A stretch of DNA of 64,000 bases from Macrostomum hystrix (lineage: Eukaryota; Animalia; Platyhelminthes). The DNA lies in contig CATNEN010000034.1 in the NCBI GenBank assembly GCA_950097015.1, positions 992,001 to 1,056,000 of the forward strand. The letters run 5' to 3'. Of the stretch, positions 1-13,501 are shown piece after piece (position 1 is the stretch's first letter; every line of letters starts with the position of its first letter). The notes under the pieces were generated by a model. It was not told where the DNA came from and did no database searches. It worked only from the letters and a program-made list of their open reading frames with translations. The position numbers and the translations under genes are program-made.

Positions 1-1834
1 AGTTTTAATTCTCATTTACGTTAAATTTAAATCTGTGCTATTTTTATTGCTTGATTACATTTCATCGAATTGCTAACAAAGTCAACTTACCTTAGCGGTT
101 GTGGGTGATCATATTTTGGTCCACTTGATTGGACTAGATACCATAAATTCTCATTTGTATTTAGTAGATTCTCATTGCATTCAAGGATTGCTAGCGTTCT
201 CAAAAGACAGCCTTTTTAGCATAGGCCTACAACAAGTATCAATGTCCAAATCAATTAATAGAATATAATAATACCTATTTAAGCCTGACCCTGTCTGGCA
301 GGCCGCTGGCCCTGCTGCAGGTTCTTAAGTAAAGCTTTCTGGATACATCAATCCAGTTGAATTTTAGTTCTAATTCAATACATAATAACACATTTTCATA
401 CATAGGCTGTTTAATAGTATATTGGCTTGTGGACCCTAGTCAACAAAAAGGTTGTCTTAGACTCCTAGGCTTAGGCTAGTCCTTCTGTTAAACTTTCCTC
501 TTGCTTCTGACTTATTATGCATAGGCCTCGACATCAAGTTATTTAGAGAAAATATTGTTCGAAATCCAGACCCTACAGTCCTACTGTAGGCTTGGCTGTA
601 GCTAGGCCTAGGCCTACTGTATGCCTGCTGTTTATCAGCATATCCAAAATTCATCACTTGTATTTTTTTGTTTAATAATTTTCTGTTAGTATACAAAAAT
701 GTATAAGTTACTAAAAGTATTTTTCATTTAAGTACAATGCTTTTGTGCATATGAGTAGGTTTTTCTTGCTTCTAACATAACAACACTCAATGTTTTTAAT
801 ACTTTAGAGTTTAGATAGATGAGACTTGCTGTTGTTTGCGTTTCTTTATTGGCATAACTAGCAAATTCAACAGGTGCCATAAGAAAGTAGTATTCAGTAC
901 CCACATTTATATAATTTTAAAATTATAATTTACATTTTTTAATTATCTAAAAAATCAAAGGGGGACCAAGAGACAAAAAAGGAAGGCGTGAAGAAGAGGA
1001 AAAGGGGGAGAGAAAAATAGAGCAAATGAGAGCAAACTAAGTTGAGATTTGCCAGCTAAGATTTGGAAGGTTGCACATGGATGTAAATAAAATAAATCAA
1101 TTTAGAAGCATTTTAAACTTCATCTAATTGTTTTATGTATATGTAATACAAAAGTTATTAACTATAAAATAAAAGTTGTCAAATAATAAAAGTGCTTCAG
1201 TGTCCAATATAGAAATCTATAGGTACATACTTAGTATACAACATAGCTTTGCTACTAGTCTATAAAAATAATGTAGCATTAATGTTTGTAATTTTTTAAA
1301 CCAAAAACTGTCTTTTTGTCTTAACACATAGCACATTTTTTGTTAATTTTATAGGTCAATTTTATGAGTTGATTGACTCCTTTTGTATTACTGTGTAATC
1401 AAATGCTTTAATATATTGTTTAGATACAGCTAGTTTAAATTTATTCTCGAATGGATACAGTACATTTTTGTTCTATTTTATAATGTATTAATTTTAGTCT
1501 AGAAAAATAGATTAGTCCCGAAGCTTTATATATTTCATATTAAGTTAAAGCATAAAAATAGTAGCTAATGTATAGAGATATTTATGTTTTGTCAATTAAT
1601 GTGGCAAAAAGTTTCTATCTATCTCAGCAAATTTATCAGGGAATTATTGCTGCAATTTTTTGTGTGCATTCTTTTAATCAAGAATTTTTTTAATCTATGC
1701 AATGTATTTGTTTGCTTTCAACTTAGCAATTCTATATTATGTGTCTTGGCATTATTTTAGTCCAGTTTTAGAAGCTTTGTTATTTTTATCTACTATTTAT
1801 TTTTTATTCTACAATCATTCTAGGCTGTTGTTGC

Positions 1835-4800
1835 ATGGCTGATGCACAGTCACCAAAGCCGCCTGTGCTGGCTGCTGACTCAGCAGAAGATCAATTAACT
1901 AAAGAGACTATGTCTGAGACTGTCGCCGCTGCTAATAACTCCGCCCAGCTATCCAATGACTTTTCCATTGATAAACGCGATCGCCCAGCCATGTCAGAGC
2001 AGATATCAGACACACCTGATGCGCCGAGTGAAGGCGTAGCCTCTAACGAATCCGAAGCTCTTTCCTGCTTGCAGAGTGCAGATCTGGTGAGACAATCAAT
2101 TGAACAAACTAAGGAAAGCCTACTAGTGCAGGAGAGAGCAGCTGACCTGATCGATGAAACATCCACTGAAAAATTGGTTAAAGAAATTCAAAACATTGAA
2201 GAAAAGCTGGACGAAAATGAAAAAAAACCCGAGGCAAGTGCAGCTGAAGAGGCATCTTCTGATATTGTAGCAGGCGACCTAGAATCATTGGAACAAGAGC
2301 AGTCTGTTGGCACTAAGACTGTACCTGAGAAGGCAGAAGAACCGGAAGCTAAATCGGAAGGACTGTCTCTGCCAAATAAAGATTCAGAGCCGAATGTAGA
2401 AGCTATTTCAGATCAGATTGTTGAAACTGCTGGGGATAATAATGTTCGTGCAAAGTTAGCGGAGCAGGTACTGGAAGCTGGGCATCATCAAAGCTATTCG
2501 ACGAATCCTTTCTTACCCACTGCCGATTCAGCAGCTGTAGAAACAATTGAATCTGCCATTTCTGATGGTGACGCCAAACCAGCACATGAAATGGAGTCGA
2601 AACCAATGGAACCAGCGGCTTTCAGTAGTGTTGAGTCACCATCTATGGTAAAGGAAATTCAGCCATTAGCTGCCGCCATTGTTGAGTCATCCACTGTCGC
2701 CATGGAAACACAGCCATCGGCTGCCGCCATTGATGAGTCATCCACTATCGTCATGGTAACTCAGCTATCGGCTTCTGCAATTGATGAGTCATCCACTGTC
2801 GTCATGGAAACTCAGCCATCGGCTGCCGCCATTGATGAGTCATCCACTGTCGTCATGGAAACTCAGCCATCGGCTATTGATGCTATTGATGAGTCATCCG
2901 TTGTCATGGAGACGGAGCCATCGACTGCCCCTTTTAGAGAGCCATTTACTGTCGTCATGGACGCTGAGCGGTCGTCAACCATCACAGGGTCTGAGACGGT
3001 AGAGAAGCCGGTAGAGGCTTCAGCGGTACGAGACGCTGCGAAGAACGAGCAGCCGATAGTTTCTGGAGACGAAGGCACCGAAGCGGTGGCCGCTGTTGCC
3101 AGCAGCGAAATTCCGACAGATAAAGATGATAAAATGAAAAACGACGATGAGTCTCAAGAAGAGAATGAATCCGTTAAAGCAACAGTCGCCGCATCGATAG
3201 AAATCGCCACTGGGCTAATCGTTGCTGCTGACAAAGCAAATGTGCCTTCAGAGCCAGTCCAGCTTGTTGAGAGTGATGATAAGCCACGGGACGATGTGGC
3301 TACGGAAATTGCGATGGCACCGGCGGCTCCGGAGCCAACCAAAGAACCCGAAACAACTGGACATCCAGATATTAGCGAATCAATTGCTGTTGAGGCTACT
3401 GCCGAAACATCGGCGATCGAGCTGGCCCGTGGCGACGACGCAGGCGCCGTTATAATTAACACAGATGCCGCGGCGGCACCTGCCGGCGAAGTGTCCAGCC
3501 TGCTAGAATCCAGCGGTCTTTCTCTTGGCGAAGTTGACACCAGTGGACCGCGCGAGTCCGAGGCCGAGGAGGCTTCCGTCGCCGAGACGGGTCAGCAGTT
3601 GCTGGGTGAACAGCAGAATCAGCAGCCGGTTGAAGGCGATGCGTCTGCGTCCACGTCTGCGGCGGAACCAGAGCAACAGCCACCGCAGCAGCCTCTAACG
3701 GCAACTCGCGACTGGAAATCACTAGGCACAGCCATGACGGGCCTAGATGAAATTCTCGCCAACGCTGAAAGCATCGATGTTGAGCAGTATGAGGCTCACC
3801 ATCAGCCAAGGGTTTTTCCTCGCAAGCCGCAGCCGCCGCCTCCGCAGCCGCAGCCGCCACCGATGGCTGCTCAGGTTCCCGCTGCGCCTGTGCAACAAGC
3901 GCATATTCAGCAACAGCAGCATCAGCAGCAGCAACATGCACATCTTCAGCCGCACGAACTAGCAGCCGCGGCGGCGCATCATCATTTTCGTCAGCCCAGC
4001 GCGGCCGCCGCTGTTGCTGCCGCGGCAGCCGCCGGCTTCCCGGCCGCTATGCAGCCGCACCACATGTCCGCCCAGATGATGTACGCGCCGCAGTTTTTTG
4101 CCACGCCGCACATGGCTGCCGCAGCGGCAGCCGCTGCTAGTGGCGTCCCGCAGGCTGCTCATCATCATCAGCACCACCAGCAGCTCATGCAGCAGCAGCA
4201 TCATCCACAGCACCATCAGCAGCTGCAGCAGCAACAGCATCAACAGCTGCAACATTTGCCGCACCAGCAGCAGCACCATCCGCAACAGCACGTTCAGCAG
4301 CAGCCGCAGCCGCCTCCACAAAAATTTGTTTGCAAGCACTGCAGCAAAGGCTACGCCAGCAAATCATCGCTGCGATCGCACGTCAAGTCTATTCATCCTG
4401 AGGCGGCGGCCGCGGCTGCCTTGGAGCGGCAGCAACTGGAACAGCAAAGGCGCCAGCAGCAACAGCAGCATCAACAGGCTGTTGCCTATCAGCATCATCA
4501 ACAGCAACAGCAGCAGCAGCGCAACATGCCTTCTCAGTTGCCAAACAAGCCACCTATACAGCAACATCCGCCTCCAGCGCACGCCAAGCAGCCTCAGCAC
4601 CATCACCAGGCCCAGCAGCATCATCATCATCAGCAGCCGCCGCAGCTTTATCCGCAGGCGCCAATACCCCAGCATCAGCAGCCCATGCAAATGCAGTCAA
4701 ACGAGTGCCCGATGCCCAACTGTGCGCAGATGTTTAGCCATCGATCCCAGCTCCGCCGTCACATTGCCGAAATGCACGGCAGCCGACTACAGTGCCAGTG

Positions 4801-5820
4801 GCACGGCTGCGGCAAGATTTACAGTAGCGCCTCAGCTATGCGAGCGCACACCTGCAAGCACACCGGCCATCGGCCTCTAGCCTGTCACCTGTGTGACTAT
4901 CGATGCCGACTCCGTCTGTGCTTGTTGCGCCACTATCGCCAGACGCATCCGCAGCATCCGCTGCCCCCGCTGCTGCATGCCTTAGCCAATCGGCCAGTGC
5001 CTGATAGCCTCAATGACAGCCAGTCGGCCTCTGACTCCGATGATTCCGATGCTGCTGTCGGCGGTGGCGCCTCGAGCAAGGATAATCAGATGCCGCCACA
5101 GCTCCATCCTTACCAGACCACGCCGCATCAGCAGCAGCAACAACAACAACAGCAGCAGCAGCAGCAACCGTCTCAGCAGCAGTCTCAACAGGACGAAAAC
5201 TGTCTTTACGGATTCAGCGATTTGGACAGCAGCAACGACGCGCCCTACATTCCGCCAATTTCTGGACAGCCACCGCAGCAGCAGCAGCAGCTGGCGCATC
5301 AGCAGGCACCAGCCGGCGCTGGCGGCCGTGGTGGAGGCGGCGCTGTCGGCGGCCAGCAGCACGGAGTGTCGCAGCCGAAGCAGATTGATTCGCAGATTGA
5401 TGGCATTATTAGCAATCTGGAACAGGACTCCAATCTCATCGACTTTCTGGAAGACAAGCAGCAGCAGCAGGGAGCCGGTGCCAAAGTCGGCCATTCCATC
5501 ACGGACATCGTCACCCCGGCGTCATCAGGGGTCGCAGCCGAGTCTGCCTCAAAGAGGCGCAGCGGTGGCGGGCCCTCGACCTCGTCGCAGCATCATCAAC
5601 AGCAGCAGGGGATGAAGCGGCCGTCAGATTCCGCCGGCGGCACCCCGGCCAAGCACCGGCATCAGATCCCGGATCTTATCAGCAGCGTCACTCGCGATCC
5701 GCCCAGCGTGGCCGGCCACTCGGACGCTGGCAAAGACTTCTTGGACGAAGTGCTGGAGGATATTCAAAGCATTCAGGACAAGGAGCGTGTTGGAGGACGG
5801 CACGGCAAATCAGCCGCCTC

Positions 5821-5860
<40 letters not shown>

Positions 5861-7172
5861 CAACTGCATCATCAGCAGCAGCCTCAGCTTCAGCAGCAGC
5901 AGCAAGAGCAGCAGGCGAAAGCGGCCGCAGCTGCGGCAGCGGCAGCCGCCGCCGCCGCGGCCAGTGCCGACCAGGCGAAGGCTCTCGGCTCCATCGCTAG
6001 TCTTGGCGCTCTGGGCTCATCATCGTCCTTGCTGGCCTCTTATTATTCGGCCGGCGCTTATGGCCAGATGTTTAACAATCAGTTCAATCGTCCGAGCTTT
6101 CCAGTACACCCGGACCATTTGCGATCACTCAGCGCTCTGGGCTCCAAGTACATGGACGCCGCCGGGCCCTACGCTCAGTATGCGTCCCAGCAGCAGGCGG
6201 CTGCCGGCGGCGTTGATCCTTCCTCGTCTGTCGCTGCTTCGTCCGCCGCCCCCGGCATTGCGCCAGCTGGCCCTTCATCGTCTTCCGTGGCGCCATCGTC
6301 GACTGCTTCGTCCGCCGCCGCCGCTGCCGCTGCCGCAGCTGCCGCAGCCGCCGCTGGTCAGTCCTCGCTTGGCCTGGCCTCGCCATGGGATCCCTACGGC
6401 ACCGGCGCCGGGGCTGCTTCGGCGGCAACGTCGAGCGCAAATCCGACGGCCGCGTTCGAATATCTGCGCAATCAGCTGTCTTCAGATCCCGGTTAGTTCT
6501 TGCCTTTGTCGGGATTTTATATGCAGCTTTTTTACTGTGTCTCTATAAAGCTTTTTCTTCAGGAACTTTCTAACGTCTTATTCCTATGGACTGTATTTAC
6601 CCCCTTCTCCCTAGGAACTCTATTTATCCCCTTATCCCTTAGGACTTATATTTATTCCATTTTCCTATTGGACTCTATTTATCTCTCTTGTAGCACTCTT
6701 TATACCAATTTGCATCATTTTACTTTCTATTGTTCTTTATATTTACCTCGCAGCGGCCAAATCGGATCCTTACCGGTCATTTGGTGACGCCTATCGAGCC
6801 GATCTGTACAATCCGCTGCACCAGTCATTGCCTTACAACTCCGGCCTGTATGGCGCCAGCGCTCCTTCCGCCTATTCAGCCGGTCCGTTTGTCCAGCCGC
6901 CGAAGCCGGTCGGTCCCGGCGGCGGAGCCGGAGCCGGCGCGGCTGCACCAGGCGGCGTGCCAGCGTCCGCTGCGCCTCATCCGGGCTCGGCTGCGGCTGC
7001 GGCTGCCGCGGCATTCATGCCGCCGACTGGCTTTTACAATCCGGCTGCCGCGGCGGCTGCTAACGTCTATGGCGCTGCGGCTAGCGGCCAACTGAGGCCT
7101 CCTCTGACTTCGGATCCCTACAGAAATCCAATGCTGCCAGCCATGCCGCTGAATCACCGCTATCCGTTCTGA
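1835..7172 (+). CDS. C2H2 zinc-finger protein, ~1691 aa, acidic N-terminus, Q/H/A-rich; exons 1835-6491 and 6754-7172
   Basis: Four C2H2 motifs (CKHC..HVKSIH; CPMPNC..HIAEMH; CQWHGC..HTCKH; CHLC..HYRQTH, with an HTGHRP linker). Acceptor tctAG at 1822-1823 just before the ATG. Donor CCCG|GTTAGT at 6492 (phase 1) and acceptor ctcgcAG at 6753 join in frame with the 6828-7172 ORF. Confidence 0.85.
2630..2960 (+). repeat. In-frame 51-bp coding tandem repeat (ESSTVVMETQPSAAAID-like), ~6 degenerate copies
   Basis: gagtcatccactgtcgtcatggaaactcagccatcggct recurs in the ORF, with matching 17-aa peptide repeats. Confidence 0.85.
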
Positions 7173-7296
7173 TTTCGCGCTGACGACCGCTGTTCATTGA
7201 TTTTTCTGTACAAACCATTTTACTAGCAGGTAATTCTGATGTTCATAAAGTGTGATTGTCGATTGCTTTAGCTCAGGGCTAAATCTGACACCATGT

Positions 7297-8270
7297 GGAA
7301 CCCTCTCTGAAGAATCTGGTTTCCAATTAGTAACAGTGGGGAACCCTCTCTGAAGAATCTGGTTTCCAATTAGTAACAGTGGGGAACCCTCTCTGAAGAA
7401 TCTGGTTTCCAATTAGTAACAGTGGGGAACCCTCTCTGAAGAATCAGGTTTCCAATTAGTAACAGTGGGGAACCCTCTCTGAAGAATCAGGTTTCCAATT
7501 AGTAACAGTGGGGAACCCTCTCTGAAGAATCTGGTTTCCAATTAGTATCAGTGGGGAACCCTCTCTGAAGAATCTGGTTTCCAATTAGTATCAGTGGGGA
7601 ACCCTCTCTGAAGAATCTGGTTTCCAATTAGTAACAGTGGGGAACCCTCTCTGAAGAATCAGGTTTCCAATTAGTATCAGTGGGGAACCCTCTCTGAAGA
7701 ATCTGGTTTCCAATTAGTAACAGTGGGGAACCCTCTCTGAAGAATCAGGTTTCCAATTAGTATCAGTGGGGAACCCTCTCTGAAGAATCTGGTTTCCAAT
7801 TAGTAACAGTGGGGAACCCTCTCTGAAGAATCTGGTTTCCAATTAGTATCAGTGGGGAACCCTCTCTGAAGAATCTGGTTTCCAATTAGTAACAGTGGGG
7901 AACCCTCTCTGAAGAATCTGGTTTCCAATTAGTATCAGTGGGGAACCCTCTCTGAAGAATCTGGTTTCCAATTAGTAACAGTGGGGAACCCTCTCTGAAG
8001 AATCTGGTTTCCAATTAGTATCAGTGGGGAACCCTCTCTGAAGAATCAGGTTTCCAATTAGTAACAGTGGGGAACCCTCTCTGAAGAATCTGGTTTCCAA
8101 TTAGTATCAGTGGGGAACCCTCTCTGAAGAATCTGGTTTCCAATTAGTAACAGTGGGGAACCCTCTCTGAAGAATCTGGTTTCCAATTAGTATCGGTGGG
8201 GAACCCTCTCTGAAGAATCAGGTTTCCAATTAGTAACAGTGGGGAACCCTCTCTGAAGAATCAGGTTTCC
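7297..8270. repeat. 43-bp minisatellite, ~22-23 copies
   Basis: Unit gaaccctctctgaagaatc(t/a)ggtttccaattagta(a/t)cagtggg; period checked (7321 to 7364). Confidence 0.97.
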
Positions 8271-10680
8271 GATTGTTAGATATAACAATATGCCATTCCT
8301 AACGGCAATTTCCAGTTCATTTCTATTTGCTTTCCATTTGGAATTAGATTTGGCCAGCAACGCGCATTCACCTTACTATTGATGCGTCATACTACTGCTG
8401 CGGCTTCGCTAACTCGAGTAGTATTTTCTCTATCCAGTTTTACTTTCTGGCTATCTTTTAGTGACTATTTTACAAATAGTTTTGCATGTAGTGAAAATTG
8501 TCTTTACCGCTTAGAGCAGAGCATGCCGTGGTCTATCGGACCTGTTGAATTTGATAAAATGTCCTATTTAACTATTGTTAATCCTCCCCTCTCCGACTGC
8601 CTTTGTGTTCTCGAATGGCTTTTGTGATGATTAAAAAAATTCTATTTCTTAGTTCCTTGATGCACACACATGTACCATTTTATACTGGCATATTTGCATT
8701 GCTCTATATTTATGAGACAACAACATTGACAGTTGCAAGCCTCCACCCTCCACAGTTTGTATGCTGTCTCGACTGCTATTTTCAATTTAATTTTGCTACA
8801 TTTTTTTTGTCAAACTCGGACAAACTTCCAATTGTTTGTGTCTGTTTCCCAATCGGCCTTCTGCTTCACCCGTAGAGTTGATGCGCTCTTTTAACTCCCA
8901 GTCGCCTGTTGGAGCTCGCCAGTTTTTGTGCAGCCTCCAACACGCCTACTGCCAGTAGCGGATGCGGCACTTATCTTGGCATCCAAATCTCTGTTGTGTT
9001 CGTAACCATGTTTTTTCAACGGGTCCACCTAAAATGTTACCGCATCTCCCCAGCATACTACTTGTTGTTTTAAGTAGTTATATGAAGTGTTTTTTTAGTT
9101 CTAGGCAAACTGTCCAGCGGCGACTCTTCACTGTGTAAACTTTAAAATTTAGTTTTTTATCCTTCTAGGTTTTTTTCTATGTGCGCCCACCAGTTTTTAT
9201 CAAAGTAATTTTCGAGCAAATTTTTAGCTTCTTCTATCATTTTTTGTTAATTTTTACTTGTAAATTAAACCTGACGTTTTTTATTTCATTTTGTATTATT
9301 AACCATTGACTATAACTTTTGCACTATGTATATAAAAAATGAGTAGCCCCATTATCCTACTCTAGCAGTAACAGTAGTGGTAGTAATAGCTTGTCATATC
9401 GTTTGTTTTATTGTCTATAATTTGATCATTAGGCAATTAAGCAAGAGTGTTGCAGCTGAAGTCAATATTATTGCGTTATGAAATCTTTGACTTTGCTTCA
9501 ATTTATTTCGAAATAACCAGCCTTGATGTAGCCGGCTGCGGTTTCTATTGTAAATAATTTTGATCTATTTTAGTTAATAAAGTTAAAACTGGCTTGAACA
9601 AAATGAAACCTGAGGCCCATTCGCACCTTTCACTGCACTCCTCCCATCCCATCCTTCCATCTGACGTATCCCTTCTAAAAGTTGCATGCCGCTGCTGCTT
9701 ACTAACTCTGCTATCTTCTCTCCTTCTGGCTTTTCATTAGTTTTCCAGACCAAATCTGTGTACATTCTCGGTGTGCCTGTTTGTGTTGTTTTAAAATGTG
9801 ACATTTTTATTAAAGAAATAAGCCCTTCTAACTACCTTAGCCTAGACACCAACTCCTTCCTCTCCGATCTGAATCAAATTGCAGCTAGACGCGATTGATT
9901 CGCAATGTTTTACATCGATTTGGTGGCATATATAAAACTGAATACTTGCATATTTATATAGCTCGTATATATATAAATATTTGTTTGAGGCGCATACGGA
10001 GAAGCTATTGTTGTAAATCGTTGTTGTTCGTTTCCCACTTCCTCTTTTTTATTCTATTAGGCTCCTCTTGATTGCACTATATTACTAACAAGCTTTTTTA
10101 AGTAGTATTATAGGTGTGTTGTTTCTGTTTCCTATTAGCTTTTTACTCGTTTGTTTATTTGGCAAGCTTACTGTAAGTAGCGTGAAGGGCGTATAGCCGG
10201 TTTTATTATTATTTTTATTTTCATTGTCGATGATCTTTTAAGCTAGGAATTCTGACAGCCTATACCATTTTACACGCGCACCCAAAGTATCTTCTCTCTA
10301 TTGTCGTAGCTAATTTCCTAAGGACTCAATCTAAGCTTCATATTGGCAAATTATGCTCTGGCGCTCTTTGATGGCTATTCTAATCACAAATTATCCAATC
10401 TGTTATGCTGATAAAACATTTGACATATATGCATATGGCTAACTCGACTGTTTGTCCCAATTATATATATAAATTATCGCTAGAAAATAGCACTCTCCGC
10501 TGTTTTAACTCTCTCTTTTGTTTTTCTCGGCAGCATCATGTAAAACCTTAACACGATAATTCTGTTGCGGTGGATTTCCACTGTCCGTTTTTAATGGTCT
10601 TTTTTATTTTAATGCTGGGGCTGCAAATTTATTAATGGCTGTTGAATAGTCCTGGGATTAACAAGGCTGTGAAGGTTATT

Positions 10681-13362
10681 GAGGCTGTGGAGATGGCCAC
10701 CCCAATCAGATCATTGAGGCTGTGGAGATGGCCACCCCAATCAGATCATTGAGGCTGTGGAGATGGCCACCCAATCAGATGATTGAGGCTGTGGAGATGG
10801 CCACCCAATCAGATGATTGAGGCTGTGGAGATGGCCACCCAATCAGATGATTGAGGCTGTGGAGATGGCCACCCAATCAGATCATTGAGGCTGTGGAGAT
10901 GGCCACCCAATCAGATCATTTAGGCTGTGGAGATGGCCACCCAATCAGATCATTGAGGCTGTGGAGATGGCCACCCCAATCAGATCATTGAGGTTGTGGA
11001 GATGGCCACCCCAATCAGATCATTGAGGCTGTGGAGATGGCCACCCCAATCAGATCATTGAGGCTGTGGAGATGGCCACCCCAATCAGATCATTGAGGCT
11101 GTGGAGATGGCCACCCCAATCAGATCATTGAGGTTGTGGAGATGGCCACCCCAATCAGATCATTGAGGTTGTGGAGATGGCCACCCCAATCAGATCATTG
11201 AGGCTGTGGAGATGGCCACCCCAATCAGATCATTGAGGCTGTGGAGATGGCCACCCAATCAGATCATTGAGGCTGTGGAGATGGCCACCCAATCAGATCA
11301 TTGAGGCTGTGGAGATGGCCACCCCAATCAGATCATTGAGGCTGTGGAGATGGCCACCCAATCAGATCATTGAGGCTGTGGAGATGGCCACCCAATCAGA
11401 TCATTTAGGCTGTGGAGATGGCCACCCAATCAGATCATTGAGGCTGTGGAGATGGCCACCCCAATCAGATCATTGAGGTTGTGGAGATGGCCACCCCAAT
11501 CAGATCATTGAGGTTGTGGAGATGGCCACCCCAATCAGATCATTGAGGCTGTGGAGATGGCCACCCCAATCAGATCATTGAGGCTGTGGAGATGGCCACC
11601 CAATCAGATCATTTAGGCTGTGGAGATGGCCACCCAATCAGATCATTGAGGCTGTGGAGATGGCCACCCCAATCAGATCATTGAGGTTGTGGAGATGGCC
11701 ACCCCAATCAGATCATTGAGGTTGTGGAGATGGCCACCCCAATCAGATCATTGAGGCTGTGGAGATGGCCACCCCAATCAGATTATTGAGGCTGTGGAGA
11801 TGGCCACCCAATCAGATCATTGAGGCTGTGGAGATGGCCACCCAATCAGATCATTGAGGCTGTGGAGATGGCCACCCCAATCAGATCATTGAGGCTGTGG
11901 AGATGGCCACCCAATCAGATCATTGAGGCTGTGGAGATGGCCACCCAATCAGATCATTTAGGCTGTGGAGATGGCCACCCAATCAGATCATTGAGGCTGT
12001 GGAGATGGCCACCCCAATCAGATCATTGAGGTTGTGGAGATGGCCACCCCAATCAGATCATTGAGGTTGTGGAGATGGCCACCCCAATCAGATCATTGAG
12101 GCTGTGGAGATGGCCACCCAATCAGATCATTTAGGCTGTGGAGATGGCCACCCAATCAGATCATTGAGGCTGTGGAGATGGCCACCCCAATCAGATCATT
12201 GAGGTTGTGGAGATGGCCACCCCAATCAGATCATTGAGGTTGTGGAGATGGCCACCCCAATCAGATCATTGAGGCTGTGGAGATGGCCACCCCAATCAGA
12301 TTATTGAGGCTGTGGAGATGGCCACCCAATCAGATCATTGAGGCTGTGGAGATGGCCACCCAATCAGATCATTGAGGCTGTGGAGATGGCCACCCCAATC
12401 AGATCATTGAGGCTGTGGAGATGGCCACCCAATCAGATCATTGAGGCTGTGGAGATGGCCACCCAATCAGATCATTTAGGCTGTGGAGATGGCCACCCAA
12501 TCAGATCATTGAGGCTGTGGAGATGGCCACCCCAATCAGATCATTGAGGTTGTGGAGATGGCCACCCCAATCAGATCATTGAGGTTGTGGAGATGGCCAC
12601 CCCAATCAGATCATTGAGGCTGTGGAGATGGCCACCCCAATCAGATCATTGAGGTTGTGGAGATGGCCACCCAATCAGATCATTGAGGCTGTGGAGATGG
12701 CCACCCCAATCAGATCATTGAGGCTGTGGAGATGGCCACCCCAATCAGATCATTGAGGCTGTGGAGATGGCCACCCAATCAGATCATTGAGGCTGTGGAG
12801 ATGGCCACCCAATCAGATCATTGAGGCTGTGGAGATGGCCACCCAATCAGATCATTGAGGCTGTGGAGATGGCCACCCAATCAGATCATTGAGGCTGTGG
12901 AGATGGCCACCCCAATCAGATCATTGAGGCTGTGGAGATGGCCACCCAATCAGATGATTGAGGTTGTGTAGATGGCCACCCCAATCAGATCATTGAGGCT
13001 GTGGAGATGGCCACCCCAATTAGATGATTGAGGCTGTGGAGATGGCCACCCAATCAGATCATTGAGGCTGTGGAGATGGCCACCCCAATCAGATGATTGA
13101 GGTTGTGTAGATGGCCACCCCAATCAGATCATTGAGGCTGTGGAGATGGCCACCCCAATTAGATGATTGAGGCTGTGGAGATGGCCACCCAATCAGATCA
13201 TTGAGGCTGTGGAGATGGCCACCCCAATCAGATCATTGAGGCTGTGGAGATGGCCACCCCAATCAGATCATTGAGGTTGTGGAGATGGCCACCCCAATCA
13301 GATCATTGAGGCTGTGGAGATGGCCACCCCAATCAGATCATTGAGGCTGTGGAGATGGCCAC
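10681..13362. repeat. 34/35-bp minisatellite, ~78 copies, with higher-order blocks
   Basis: Unit gaggctgtggagatggccaccc(c)aatcagatcatt; identical 69-aa pseudo-ORFs at 11267, 11820 and 12338. Confidence 0.97.
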
Positions 13363-13501
13363 CTCAGGGACTATTGTACATATCCGGTAGCTATTGTCAT
13401 TAATCACTGTATTAATACAGTATGTCTGCTCTATGCTTTTATATTTAGCATCTCTAAAAAGTAGATTAAGTAAGAGTGCAATTAAGTCCGCAGAATTTCT
13501 T

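Noticed and set aside
1891-6573. Numerous antisense and alternative-frame ORFs over the zinc-finger gene
   Set aside because: Expected shadows of GC-rich, CAG/GCN-rich coding sequence
7297-8270. CRISPR-like appearance of the regular arrays (also 10681-13362 and 61744-63249)
   Set aside because: Units abut directly with no unique spacers, there are no cas genes, and the context is eukaryotic
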